Positions 1 to 12,864 are shown, numbered from the stretch's first letter. The stretch: 64,000 nt of DNA from an uncultured Actinomycetes bacterium (GCA_963711545.1 CAVQEP010000014.1:246598-310597), one strand, 5' to 3'. Notes: generated from the sequence alone by a model not told the origin. Numbers and translations: made by a program.

Positions 1-1518
1 GTCGACGCGCAGGATCGCGCGCGGGAGGTTCCCGAACGCAGCCCCGTCGATCCGGCGGCCGCCGTTCGCGAACGTGGAGAAGGCGCGCGCCATCTCGAGT
101 GGGCTGACGGGATCGGCTCCGAGACCGATGGCGAAGTAGGGATTCAGGTGCCGGGTGATCCCGAGCCGGCGCGCGGTGCGTGCGACGTTCGCGGGCCCGA
201 CGAGCTGCGTCAGTTGCGCGTAGATGCTGTTGTCCGACACCACCGTCGCCGTCGCCAGGCTGGCCGAGCCCATGTACGAGTTCTCGTAGTTGTGGACGGG
301 CCAGTACTTGTCCCCGATGAAGATCGAGACCGGCTTGGAGGCGAAGGTCGTCGTCGGCGCGATCCCCTGCTGGAGAGCGGTGGCCAGCACGAAGGGCTTG
401 AAGGACGAGCCGGGCTGGCGCTCGCCCTGGACAGCGAGGTTGAACTGGCTCTGTCTGAAGTTGTCCCCGCCGTACATCGCGAGGATCTCCCCGGTCCGCG
501 GGCGAATCGCCACTAGTGCGGCGGACGGCCCGTTCGGTTCCTTCAGCACCCGTTCGATCGCGAGTCGGGCGAGCTTCTGCAAGCGCAGGTCGATGCTGGT
601 GTGGACGTTGAGGCCGCCGCCGAACACGCGCCGCGTTCCGTACTGCTCGATCAGCTGTTCCTTGACGTAGTTGACGAAATACGGCGCCGGCCCCTGGATC
701 CCCGGCAAGCGGACATCCGACGCGCGAGGCAGGGCGGACCGGTCGGCGGCCTGGACGTCGAGCTTCGTGATCTCGTTCTGCCCCTGCATCGCGTCGAGCA
801 CCTCGAGCCGGCGTGCCCGCGCGGTCTGCGGATTCGTGACCGGGTCGTAGCGGGTTGGATCCGCTGGTATGCCGGCCAGGAGGGCGGCCTCGGGCAGTGT
901 CAGCTTCGACGCGGGCTTGTTGAAGTACGTCTGCGCCGCCCGCTGGATCCCGTACGCGCCGTTCCCGAAGTAGATCGTGTTCAGGTACGCGGTCAGGATC
1001 CGATCCTTCGACCAGCGCTGCTCCAGCTGCCACGCGAGTGCCGCCTCCTTCAGCTTGCGGCTGATCGTGCGCTGCGAGGTGACGCATGAGTTCTTGACGA
1101 ACTGCTGCGTGATCGTGGAGCCGCCCTGCACGACCTTCTTGCTCGTGATGTCGGCCCAGACCGCGCGCCCGATCCCGCGCAGGTCGACGCCGCGATGCCG
1201 GTAGAAGCGCTTGTCCTCGATCGCCACGATCGCCTGGCGCATGATCGGTGCGATCTGGTTCGAGCCGACGAGAATCCTGCTCTCGGCACCGCGGAGGGTG
1301 GCCAGAATCGTCTTGTTGTCGCCCGCGTAGATGTGGCCGTCGACCTCCCGAGGGACACGCGCGGGATCGCAGTTCGGGATCTGGCTCGCGACGGCCGTGA
1401 TCATGCCGAACGTGAACGACGTGACCCCGAGGAGCGCGAGGATGAGGAGGATGACGGTGAGCCGGAGCTTGCGGATCCTCCGGCGACCGGCTCCAGCCTT
1501 GCGCTTACGCCCGAACAA
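1..1518 (-). CDS. Class A penicillin-binding protein (GT51 transglycosylase + transpeptidase); 3' end runs off the window
   Basis: My translation of the minus strand (codon low coordinate = 1 mod 3) is open from position 1 up to a TGA at 1636-1638. It contains the GT51 motifs EDKRFYRHRGVD, GGSTITQQ and RKLKEA, then the transpeptidase motifs SSFKP (SxxK) and SDN. The N-terminus is a basic tail plus TM helix (FGRKRKAGAGRRRIRKLRLTVILLILALLG). The start is uncertain: TTG at 1516-1518, or GTG at 1630-1632. Confidence 0.85.
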   Translation of the reverse strand, partial: MFGRKRKAGAGRRRIRKLRLTVILLILALLGVTSFTFGMITAVASQIPNCDPARVPREVDGHIYAGDNKTILATLRGAESRILVGSNQIAPIMRQAIVAIEDKRFYRHRGVDLRGIGRAVWADITSKKVVQGGSTITQQFVKNSCVTSQRTISRKLKEAALAWQLEQRWSKDRILTAYLNTIYFGNGAYGIQRAAQTYFNKPASKLTLPEAALLAGIPADPTRYDPVTNPQTARARRLEVLDAMQGQNEITKLDVQAADRSALPRASDVRLPGIQGPAPYFVNYVKEQLIEQYGTRRVFGGGLNVHTSIDLRLQKLARLAIERVLKEPNGPSAALVAIRPRTGEILAMYGGDNFRQSQFNLAVQGERQPGSSFKPFVLATALQQGIAPTTTFASKPVSIFIGDKYWPVHNYENSYMGSASLATATVVSDNSIYAQLTQLVGPANVARTARRLGITRHLNPYFAIGLGADPVSPLEMARAFSTFANGGRRIDGAAFGNLPRAILRVD

Positions 1519-1963
1519 GCGGCGAACTCTAGCTCTGAGCGCTGCTCCGGACGACGACGAAAGGTGTCTGGGTGGGAGCTTTGATCCTTGAACAGGCCGG
1601 CCGGGCGTGGGGCGCCGCCGTCGGCCACCCACGCCTCATAGGTGCGCCCCGAGCCGGGCTGCGCCAGATTGCGGAGCAGGAGGGCGGCCTCGCCCGCGCT
1701 GGTGACGACGAGGCTCCCACGGGGGAAGATCCACAGCAAGCTTTTCGCGGTGGGCGCACTCGCGCTCTTCGCCGGCTTCACTGCGCTCTCGATGGCGGTC
1801 CTCTCGACAGGTTGGGGCGCGGCCCTCGGCTCGGCCCCGGTGCAAAGGTCGTATCACCGCGTCGCACCCATGATCGGCGGAGCGAGCCTCGCGTGTTGGG
1901 GGTCTGGTACGCGCTCGGCGCCCCGGGGCTCGTCACGTACGTCCTCTGAGCAGTTGCGGTACG

Positions 1964-3931
1964 TTGGCGGCCGTGGCAACCATTGCCCCGTACGGTTCCT
2001 GGCGCTCTCCGATCACGACCGATCTCGTCGCGAGCGAAGGCTCGGTCTCCTTCGGCTGGCTCGACGTCAGCGACGAGGGGATCTACTGGACGGAGAGCCG
2101 CCCAGAGGAGCAAGGTCGGACAGCGCTCGTGCTCCAGCTTCACGACGGCGCGGCGGTCGACGTCGTCCCGGCCGGCTTCAACGTCCGGACCCGCGTGCAC
2201 GAGTACGGCGGCGGTGCCTGGTTCCGGGACGGCCGCACGGTCTTCTGCTCGAGCTTCGACGACAGCCGCCTCTACCGGATCGACGCCCCTGGGGAGCAAC
2301 CGCGCCCGATCACGCCTGAGCCGAACGCCCCGCACGCGCTGCGCTATACGGATGGACGCGTGTTCGCCGAAGGCCGGCTGATCGTCTGCGTTCGGGAGTC
2401 CCACGGCAACGGAGAGCCCGTCAACGAGCTCGTCGTCGTTCCGACCGACGGCTCGGCCGAACCGCGTGTCGTCGCCGCCGGGCACGATTTCTACGCGGCG
2501 CCCAGGCCGAGCCCCGACGGCACACGGATCGCGTTGCTCGCCTGGGATCACCCGCGCGTGCCCTTCGAAGGCACGGAGCTGTTCGTGGCGGACATCGCCC
2601 CTGACGGATCGCTGACGGGCGACCGGCTCGTCGCCGGGTCGGACAAGGAATCGATCTTCCAGCCGGAGTGGAGTCCTTCCGGGGTCTTGCACTTCGTCTC
2701 CGATCGGACCGGCTGGTCGAACCTCTACGTCGAGCGCGACGGAGAGGTGCGCGCGCTGACTTCCGAGCGGGCGGAGCTGGGCTTCCCGCAGTGGGTCTTC
2801 GACCTCACGCGCTACGCATTCCTCGCCGACGGGAGGATCGCGTGCGTCTTCACCCGCGACGCCGTCGACGGCCTGGACGTGCTCGATCCGGACAGTGGCC
2901 GGCTCGAGCACGTCGACCTCCCGTACAGCAGCTTCTTCTCGCCTTCACTCCGAAGCGCGGGGATGCTCGTCGCGTTCCCCGCCGCCTCATCGACGACTCC
3001 AGTCGAGATCGTCAAGCTCGACCTGGCGTCCGGCACGCGGACGGTGATCAAGCGCTCGACCGACCTCGAGCTCGACGATCGGTACCTGTCGGTCGCGGAG
3101 CCGATCGTGTTCCCCGGCGCCGACGATCTCCCGTCTCACGGGTTCTACTACTCGCCGAGGAATCCCGACTTTGCCGGCCCACCGGACGAGCTGCCGCCCC
3201 TGATCGTGTCCGTGCACGGCGGGCCGACTTCGAACGTCTCCTCGGCGCTCGACCTCGACATCCAGGCGTTCACGAGCCGCGGGATCGCCGTCGTCGACCT
3301 CAATTACGGCGGGAGCACCGGCTACGGACGGGATTACCGGGATCGTCTGCGCGGGCAGTGGGGCGTGGTCGACGTGGAGGACAGTGCCGCCGCCGCCCGG
3401 TTCCTGAGCGAGCGGGGCGACGTGGATCAGGCGCGCGTCGAGATCACCGGCGGCAGTGCGGGCGGCTATACGACTCTCCTGGCACTGGCGCTCCGCGACG
3501 AGTTCGCCGCCGGGGCCTCGTACTTCGGCGTCGCCGATCTCGTCAGCTTCCACGACGAGACCCACAAGTTCGAATCTCAATACGACGCGTATCTCGTCGG
3601 GCCCTGGCCGGAAGCGATGGAGCTCTATCGTGATCGCTCCCCAATCACTCACGCCGACTCGATCTCGCGCCCTCTGCTGCTGCTTCAGGGGCTCGACGAC
3701 AAGGTCGTTCCACCGGCTCAGGCCGAGGTGTTAGTCGACGCGCTCGAGCGTCGCGAAATTCCCTATGCCTACATCGCGTTCGAGGGCGAGGGTCACGGCT
3801 TTCGCAAGGCGGAGAACGTCAAGCGCGCGCTCGAGGCGCACCTCTCCTTCCTCGCGCAGGTGTTCGGCTTCGAGCCCGCGGACGGCTTCGAGCCGATCGA
3901 GATCGAGAACCTGTCGAAGACAGCGAACTAG
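1964..3931 (+). CDS. S9 family serine peptidase (prolyl oligopeptidase / acylaminoacyl-peptidase-like)
   Basis: 655-aa ORF. N-terminal beta-propeller-like region, C-terminal alpha/beta hydrolase domain with the nucleophile elbow GGSAGGY and a DDKVV / GEGHGF C-terminal signature. The track start is TTG; the true start may be a few codons downstream. Confidence 0.9.
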   Translation: MAAVATIAPYGSWRSPITTDLVASEGSVSFGWLDVSDEGIYWTESRPEEQGRTALVLQLHDGAAVDVVPAGFNVRTRVHEYGGGAWFRDGRTVFCSSFDDSRLYRIDAPGEQPRPITPEPNAPHALRYTDGRVFAEGRLIVCVRESHGNGEPVNELVVVPTDGSAEPRVVAAGHDFYAAPRPSPDGTRIALLAWDHPRVPFEGTELFVADIAPDGSLTGDRLVAGSDKESIFQPEWSPSGVLHFVSDRTGWSNLYVERDGEVRALTSERAELGFPQWVFDLTRYAFLADGRIACVFTRDAVDGLDVLDPDSGRLEHVDLPYSSFFSPSLRSAGMLVAFPAASSTTPVEIVKLDLASGTRTVIKRSTDLELDDRYLSVAEPIVFPGADDLPSHGFYYSPRNPDFAGPPDELPPLIVSVHGGPTSNVSSALDLDIQAFTSRGIAVVDLNYGGSTGYGRDYRDRLRGQWGVVDVEDSAAAARFLSERGDVDQARVEITGGSAGGYTTLLALALRDEFAAGASYFGVADLVSFHDETHKFESQYDAYLVGPWPEAMELYRDRSPITHADSISRPLLLLQGLDDKVVPPAQAEVLVDALERREIPYAYIAFEGEGHGFRKAENVKRALEAHLSFLAQVFGFEPADGFEPIEIENLSKTAN

Positions 3932-3941
3932 ACTCGCGCCC

Positions 3942-5090
3942 GTGAGCATCGCTGATCTCACGCGCCACGCGGTCGACGTCCTGCCCGAAGGTGAGCTCGA
4001 GCGGAAGCTGAAGCTCGGCCGTCCGCTGCGCGTCAAGCTCGGCATCGATCCGACCGCACCGGACATCCACCTCGGGTTCGCCTGTGTGCTCGACCGGCTC
4101 GCGGGGTTCCAGCAGGCAGGGCACACGGTGGTGCTCATCATCGGCGACTACACGGCGCGCATCGGCGATCCCTCGGGCCGGTCCGAGGAACGACCGGTCC
4201 TGCCGGGCGAGGAGCTCGACGCGAACGCGACGGAGTTCGCGGAGCAGGCGTTTCGAGTGATAGACCGCGAGCGCACGGAGATCCGCTTCAACGGCGAGTG
4301 GCTCGGGAAGCTCTCCTACGCGGAGGTCGTGCGGCTCGCACGGACGATCACCGTCGCGCGTATCCTCGAGCGCGACGACTTCGCAAAGCGCTTCGCCGCG
4401 CGCGAGCCGATCTCGATCTCGGAGCTCCTCTATCCGCTCATGCAGGCGTACGACTCGGTTGCGATCGAGGCCGACATCGAGATCGGGGGAACCGACCAGC
4501 TCTACAACCTGCTCGCCGGCCGTGACGTCATGCAGGACTACGGCTTGGACCCGCAGCTCGTCATGACCTATCCGCTCCTCGTCGGGCTCGACGGGGTGGA
4601 GAAGATGTCCAAGTCCCGGGGGAACTACATCGGCATCAACGAGCCACCCGAAGAGATGTTCGGCAAGACGATGTCGATCCCGGACATGGCGCTCCCCCAG
4701 TGGTGGGACCTGCTCGCCGACGGGGGGACGCATCCGGACGATCCGATGCGGTGGAAGCTCGAGTTGGCGCGCCGAATCGTCACGCGCTGGCACGGTGAAG
4801 ACGGCGCACGGGGCGGAGAGAAGCACTTCACGCGCGTCGTCCGCGAGCACCAGGCGCCCGACGACGTCCCCGAGGCACACCTGCCGGAGGGCGATCCGGT
4901 TCACCTCCCGACGCTGCTCGTCGCGCACCTCGGAATCGGCTCGACGAGCGAGGCCAGGCGGCTGATCGCGCAGGGCGGCGTCAAGGTCGACGGGGAGGCG
5001 GTCGCCGAGAACGATCTTCCGAGGGCACGGCTCGAGGGCGCGCTCGTCCAGGCCGGAAAGCGTCGTTTCATGCGGTTTTCTACTGCTTGA
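3942..5090 (+). CDS. tyrS: Tyrosine--tRNA ligase
   Basis: In-frame GTG at 3942, 10 nt after the upstream stop. The Arg/Ser-rich track extension from 3765 overlaps the S9 gene and is rejected. Class I motifs are present: PDIHLGF (HIGH-like) and KMSKS. C-terminal S4-like domain (ARRLIAQGGVKVDGE). Confidence 0.9.
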   Translation: MSIADLTRHAVDVLPEGELERKLKLGRPLRVKLGIDPTAPDIHLGFACVLDRLAGFQQAGHTVVLIIGDYTARIGDPSGRSEERPVLPGEELDANATEFAEQAFRVIDRERTEIRFNGEWLGKLSYAEVVRLARTITVARILERDDFAKRFAAREPISISELLYPLMQAYDSVAIEADIEIGGTDQLYNLLAGRDVMQDYGLDPQLVMTYPLLVGLDGVEKMSKSRGNYIGINEPPEEMFGKTMSIPDMALPQWWDLLADGGTHPDDPMRWKLELARRIVTRWHGEDGARGGEKHFTRVVREHQAPDDVPEAHLPEGDPVHLPTLLVAHLGIGSTSEARRLIAQGGVKVDGEAVAENDLPRARLEGALVQAGKRRFMRFSTA

Positions 5091-5104
5091 CGGAGCCCTC
5101 TCGG

Positions 5105-5135
5105 TTGCTATCATTCCCCGGCTGCCCGATAGGGT
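5105..5135 (+). promoter_or_regulatory. Candidate rRNA operon promoter (TTGCTA, 19 nt spacer, TAGGGT)
   Basis: Hexamers resemble -35 TTGACA and -10 TAnnnT and lie upstream of the rRNA leader. The 19-nt spacing is at the long end. Motif reading only. Confidence 0.2.
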
Positions 5136-5217
5136 GGTGTAGGACGGTTTCCGTACCTCGACACTGGAGCGCCCTCAGGACGCAGCGGATACGACGAAAG
5201 TTTCCGAGCTTCCCTGG

Positions 5218-5245
5218 GCCTCTGGCGCGAGTCGGAGGCTTTTTT
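5218..5245 (+). terminator. GC-rich hairpin with GCGA tetraloop plus T6 tract (tyrS terminator and/or boxB-like rRNA leader hairpin)
   Basis: gcctctggc-gcga-gtcggaggc forms 9 pairs (2 G.U) and is followed by tttttt. It lies about 130 nt after the tyrS stop and immediately upstream of the boxA-like element. Confidence 0.45.
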
Positions 5246-5262
5246 ACGCCACACGCAGCGCC

Positions 5263-5285
5263 GGTCTTTGAAAACTCAGCAGCGT
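5263..5285 (+). promoter_or_regulatory. boxA-like element (GGTCTTTGAAAACTC) and 5' half of the 16S processing stem
   Basis: Resembles the rRNA antitermination boxA (TGCTCTTTAACAA). Positions 5266-5285 are complementary to 7073-7092 in the spacer, apart from one G.U and one mismatch. Confidence 0.6.
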
Positions 5286-5423
5286 TTACGTCGAGACCTC
5301 GGCGACCCGTTCTCGGGCCGACGAGGCTTTAACCTGTCATGCCTCTGTTGCAGAGGCAGACTTTGAGCACAAGCTCAAGGTGAAAAGATCGCCGGCACCC
5401 TCGTGGAGTCGGCAATCACTCTT

Positions 5424-6971
<1,548 letters not shown>

Positions 6972-7072
6972 AGGGATTCCGGAGCTCTTACTCCGGAGGC
7001 TCCTGGCTCGTCGATGGCGAAACCTGCCGTCCGAACAACCAGGCCGCCTAGAAGAATGTCGACCTCGAATAG

Positions 7073-7092
7073 ACGCTGCTGAGTTTTGAGAG
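7073..7092 (+). other. 3' half of the 16S processing stem (ITS)
   Basis: acgctgctgagttttgagag is complementary to leader 5266-5285. The ITS is too short for a tRNA gene and none is seen. Confidence 0.6.
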
Positions 7093-7136
7093 ACCGTCCT
7101 GTCGGGCGGTTTTCTCGTGGGCGAGCGTGCCCGCTG

Positions 7137-7163
7137 CACCTTGAAAACTCCATAGCGACACAC
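7137..7163 (+). promoter_or_regulatory. Second boxA-like element (CTTGAAAACTC) and 5' half of the 23S processing stem
   Basis: caccttgaaaactccatagcgacacac is near-perfectly complementary to 10916-10942 downstream of the 23S gene. Confidence 0.6.
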
Positions 7164-7702
7164 AACGTGTTCTTTTCGATCAAGAGAACAAGAGCACACG
7201 GTGGATGCCTTGGCGCCAAGAGCCGATGAAGGACGTGGGCGGCTGCGATAAGCGCGGGGGAGGTGCTGACCAACCTTTGATCCCGCGATCTCCGAATGGG
7301 AAAACCTACGCGTGGTAATGCGCGCGTACTTCCAGCTGAATCCATAGGCTGGAAGAGGCAAGCCGGAGAACTGAAACATCTTAGTACCCGGAGGAAAGGA
7401 AAGAAACCTCGACTCCCTGAGTAGTGGCGAGCGAAAAGGGAATAGCCCAAACCTGTGTGATGTGACAGGCGGCAGCCGTTGTCACGCAGGGGTTGTAGGG
7501 CCTGATTCGATCCGCCTGCCGGCGGGTCGGGAAGTTACAAAGTTGCGCGTTAGCCGAAGTGGATGGAAAGCCACACCACAGCGGGTAATAGTCTCGTAGG
7601 CGAAAGCGCGCAGCCTTCCTGATCAGGTTCCTGAGTACGGCCGGGCACGGGAAACCCGGTCGGAACCCGCGGGGACCACCCCGTAAGGCTAAGTACTCCT
7701 TG

Positions 7703-7750
<48 letters not shown>

Positions 7751-9181
7751 GGAAGGGGAGTGAAATAGCACCTGAAACCGTGTGCTTACAAGCGGTCGGA
7801 GCAGCTTCGTGCTGTGACGGCGTGCTTTTTGCATAACGAGCCAGCGAGTTACTCTTCAACGGCAAGGTTAAGGAAACGGAGCCGTAGCGAAAGCGAGTCT
7901 GAATAGGGCGTCTAGTCGTTGGAGGTAGACCCGAAACTGAGTGATCTATCCATGGGCAGGTTGAAGCGGGGGTAAGACCCCGTGGAGGACCGAACCGACC
8001 TAGGTTGAAAACTGGGCGGATGACCTGTGGATCGGAGTGAAAGGCTAATCAAACTCAGAGATATCTGGTTCTCCCCGAAATATATTTAGGTATAGCGTCA
8101 TGCGTTCAATAACGGTTGTAGAGCACTGTTTGGGCTAGGGGGCCTACCAGCTTACTGAACTCAGGCAAACTCCGAATGCCGTTATTCCAGAGCATGGCAG
8201 TCAGAGTGCGGGGGATAAGCTTCGTGCTCAAAAGGGAAACAGCCCAGACCGTCGGCTAAGGTCCCTAATTTCCAGCTAAGTGGGAAACGATGTCCGATTG
8301 CAAAGACAACCAGGATGTTGGCTTAGAAGCAGCCACCATTCAAAGAGTGCGTAACAGCTCACTGGTCAAGTGGTCGGGCGCGGACAATGTAACGGGGCTC
8401 AAGTTGGAAACCGAAGCCACGGACTCCTTCGGGAGTGGTAGGGGAGCGTTCCCAGGCCGGAGAAGCGGCGGCGGAAGCCTGCCGTGGAGGGCTGGGAAGT
8501 GAGAATGCTGGCACGAGTAACGAAAGACGAGTGAGAAACTCGTCCGCCGAATGCCTAAGGGTTCCTGAGTAAAGCTAATCTACTCAGGGTTAGTCGGGAC
8601 CTAAGCCGAGGCCGAAAGGCGTAGGCGATGGCCGACAGGTTGATATTCCTGTACCACGTAGCCACCGCTATCACCGATGGCGGGACGGGGTAGGCTAAGG
8701 AAACCCGGGCGATGGTCGTCCCGGGGTAACCGCGTAGGGCGGCCGGTAGGTAAATCCGCCGGCCACTAAGCCTGAGACGGGACACCGAGCCCCTTCACCG
8801 GGGCGAAGTTCTTGAAGCCATGCCTCCTAGAAAAGCGTCTAGGGAGGTGGCGCGTGCCCGTACCAAAACCGACACAGGTAGGCAGGTAGAGAATACCAAG
8901 GCGATCGGAAGAACCCTCGTTAAGGAACTCGGCAAAATGGTCCCGTAACTTCGGGAGAAGGGACGCCCCGGTAGAGTGAAAACCCTTTTCGGGTTTAGCT
9001 CGAGGGGGCCGCAGTGAAACGGCCCAAGCGACTGTTTACCAAAAACACAGGTCTCTGCGAAGTCGAAAGACGACGTATAGGGGCTGACGCCTGCCCGGTG
9101 CCGGAAGGTCACGAGGAGAGGTTAGCCTTCGGGCGAAGCTTTGAATCCAAGCCCCGGTAAACGGCGGCGGTAACTATAACC

Positions 9182-9957
<776 letters not shown>

Positions 9958-10242
9958 AAGTTCCGACCTGCACGAATGGCGTAACGACTTGGGCACTGTC
10001 TCAACGAGGGATCCGGTGAAACTGTAGTCTCGGTGAAGATGCCGAGTACCCGTGGTTGGACGGAAAGACCCCGTGAACCTTTACTACAGCTTGACGTTGA
10101 AGTCTGGTGTTCGTTGTCCAGGATAGGTGGGAGGCTGTGAAGCGGGGACGTCAGTCCTCGTGGAGCCAACCTTGGGATACCACCCTGCGGATTCTGGGCT
10201 TCTAACCAGAGGCCGTTATCCGGCTCTGGAACAGCGTCAGGT

Positions 10243-10274
<32 letters not shown>

Positions 10275-10424
10275 ATGTAACGGAGGCGCGCAAAGGTTCC
10301 CTCAGCACGGTTGGAAATCGTGCGTAGAGCGTAATGGCATAAGGGAGCTTGACTGCGAGACTGACAAGTCGAGCAGGTGCGAAAGCAGGCCATAGTGATC
10401 CGGCGGTGAAGCGTGGAATTGCCG

Positions 10425-10467
<43 letters not shown>

Positions 10468-10494
10468 CTTCCCAAGAGTCCACATCGACGGAAG

Positions 10495-10624
<130 letters not shown>

Positions 10625-10740
10625 CCATGGGCGCTGGAAGCTTGAGAGGAGTCGCTCCTAGTACGAGAGGACCGGAGCGAACAGACCTCTGGTGTATCAG
10701 TCGTCGTGCCAACGGCGCTGCTGATTAGCCACGTCTGGAT

Positions 10741-10777
<37 letters not shown>

Positions 10778-10915
10778 CTCGAGATGAGGCTTCCCATCCC
10801 CTAGAGGGAGTAAGAGCCGTGGGAGACCACCACGTTGATAGGCGGGACGTGCAAGCGTGGCAACGCGTTTAGCGGACCCGTACTAATTGCTCGAGGTCTT
10901 GATTTTGAACACCGA

Positions 10916-10942
10916 GTGTGGAGCTATGGAGTTTTGAGGGTG
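10916..10942 (+). other. 3' half of the 23S processing stem
   Basis: gtgtggagctatggagttttgagggtg is complementary to 7137-7163. Confidence 0.6.
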
Positions 10943-11018
10943 CGCGGGAAGCCGCGGCGCTCTTGAAAATTGCGCGTCGAAGCCGGACTGGGGTCTGGCA
11001 CCGGAGTGCGGTAAAGCT

Positions 11019-11132
<114 letters not shown>

Positions 11133-11140
11133 TTAATTCC

Positions 11141-11178
11141 GAAGCGGGAGCCGCATCGCGGCTCCCGCTTCTCTTTTT
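11141..11178 (+). terminator. Rho-independent terminator of the rRNA operon
   Basis: Perfect 14-bp stem gaagcgggagccgc / gcggctcccgcttc with a 3-nt loop, followed by tcttttt. Confidence 0.85.
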
Positions 11179-11197
11179 GCCCGCCGACAGCAGTCGA

Positions 11198-11623
11198 TCA
11201 GACGCGGGACTGCAACCGCTTCACCTCACGATCCAACTCCGAGCGCGACACCGGACGGCGGATGTACCGTCCGACGGGCCCGATCGGCGGCCCGAGGTAC
11301 GTCCTGAGGGCGTGGGCTGCGAGGATGATGAACCAGATCCCCGCGACGAAGAAGAACCACGGATCCCACGTCCCAGCCACATCGGGGGCGGAAGCGAACC
11401 GACTCGGCCAGGTGTGCTCCTCGTAGTACTCCGTCAGGACCCACACGCCTCCGAGGATCGGAAGCCCGAGCGCGAACGCGACCAGGTGCAGCTTGAACCT
11501 CCGCAGCCTGTGGATTCGCTCGATCGCGAGCGCCCGGAGGTGGGACTCCACCTTCGGTTCCCCGATCACTGGAGCCAGCTCCGGAGTCACCCGCCCGTTC
11601 TTGGTGAGGGTCTCAGTGGGCAT
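11198..11623 (-). CDS. 2TM-domain membrane protein (hypothetical)
   Basis: ORF with two predicted TM helices and an RxxRLRRFKLHL pattern like the 2TM family. GGAGGTG lies upstream of the ATG at 11623; the track start is 2 codons earlier at a TTG. Confidence 0.7.
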   Translation of the reverse strand: MPTETLTKNGRVTPELAPVIGEPKVESHLRALAIERIHRLRRFKLHLVAFALGLPILGGVWVLTEYYEEHTWPSRFASAPDVAGTWDPWFFFVAGIWFIILAAHALRTYLGPPIGPVGRYIRRPVSRSELDREVKRLQSRV

Positions 11624-11724
11624 CGACAAATCACCTCCTCCTGAGCTCTCCCAGCATCACAGGCCGGCCGCGTCAGAGCATCCGGGAAAAACCGGATCGC
11701 CCGTTGGACTTCCACGCGAGCCCT

Positions 11725-12864
11725 CTAAGCGGGTGGAAGCCCTGCCGCCGGCGCGACCGGCACGACGCCGTCCTCGACCACGGCCGTCTCGTCGCTCGAC
11801 GCCGGTGTGTGGCGGCGCTTACGCCGCAGGAAAGGCTTCTCGACGAGCTCGTACGATGCCACCGCAAGCGCGACCGAGATGAAGAGACGCTCGGCGACCG
11901 AGAAACGCGTCGCGGGCCAGAGTGTCAACATCGCGTAGTGCCAGATGTAGAGCGCATACGAGATCTCGCCGAGGTAGACAACGGGCCGCCAGACCAGAAA
12001 GCGGATCGGCAGCACCGGACGCTCGTCGATCGCGGCGTAGACGAGCACGACCGCTGACGCGGCTATCACAAACAGGCCCACCGTCATTCCCCAGTTCGAA
12101 TACGGCGCGCCGCGGACCGACACCAGCACGAGCACGACGGTAGCGATCGGGACAGCGGAAAGCAGGAGTCGGCGCACGGTCTCAGGCCCCGGGAGCATCC
12201 GCCACGCATAGGCCAGGCCGAGCGCACATCCGAGCAGCAGGCCGTCCGAGTGCAACGGGCTGTAGAAGAGCGTCTTCGCGGACGCCGAGTCAGAGACGGA
12301 GAGAGCGATCCTCGCCCCGGCAAGTAACGCAGCGCAGGCAACTGCGACTGTCAGGACGAGAGATCGTGGCGCCCTCAGCCAGAGCAGCACGACGAGAAGC
12401 ACCGGCCAAACGAGATAGAACTGCTCCTCCATCCCGAGTGACCACAGGTGGGGGAGCACGAACTCCGGCCGGTGGAGTGTCTTGGCGATGTTCCCGACGA
12501 AGAGCGCCGACATCCAGACCGAGTGCAGCAGCGGACGGCGGAGCGAGGCCGGCTGAGCAATCGGCGCCAGCGCGAGCATGGCGACGAGGAAGGCTGCGAG
12601 CGCCGGCAAGAGCCGTAGCGCCCGCCGAACGTAGAACTGCCGCAGTGAAACGCTGCCCGTCCGCGCGTGCTCGCCGACGAGCAACGACGTGATCAGGAAG
12701 CCGCTGAGGACGAAGAAGATGTCCACGCCCGCGAATCCGAAACTGAACGCGCTGATCCCCGCCGCCTCGCCGGCATGGCGCCCCACGACGATGACGATCG
12801 CGACGGCACGCAGACCCGTCAGGGCGGGGCGCTTCCCGAGCGGGCGAACAGAGGCCGACTGCAC
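11725..12864 (-). CDS. Acyltransferase family 3 (membrane O-acyltransferase)
   Basis: 379-aa polytopic membrane ORF. N-terminal signature LRAVAIVIVVGRH...VDIFFVLSGFLITS. GTG start. Confidence 0.85.
   Translation of the reverse strand: MQSASVRPLGKRPALTGLRAVAIVIVVGRHAGEAAGISAFSFGFAGVDIFFVLSGFLITSLLVGEHARTGSVSLRQFYVRRALRLLPALAAFLVAMLALAPIAQPASLRRPLLHSVWMSALFVGNIAKTLHRPEFVLPHLWSLGMEEQFYLVWPVLLVVLLWLRAPRSLVLTVAVACAALLAGARIALSVSDSASAKTLFYSPLHSDGLLLGCALGLAYAWRMLPGPETVRRLLLSAVPIATVVLVLVSVRGAPYSNWGMTVGLFVIAASAVVLVYAAIDERPVLPIRFLVWRPVVYLGEISYALYIWHYAMLTLWPATRFSVAERLFISVALAVASYELVEKPFLRRKRRHTPASSDETAVVEDGVVPVAPAAGLPPA

Noticed and set aside
1642-2319. 225-aa plus-strand ORF in the PBP / S9 intergenic region
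   Set aside because: It overlaps the S9 peptidase start in another frame. Its sequence is Arg-rich and low complexity after a short hydrophobic stretch, and no family resemblance was seen.
3932-3941. A T-box or other leader upstream of tyrS
   Set aside because: Only 10 nt separate the S9 peptidase stop from the tyrS GTG, so there is no room for a leader. tyrS is probably co-transcribed.
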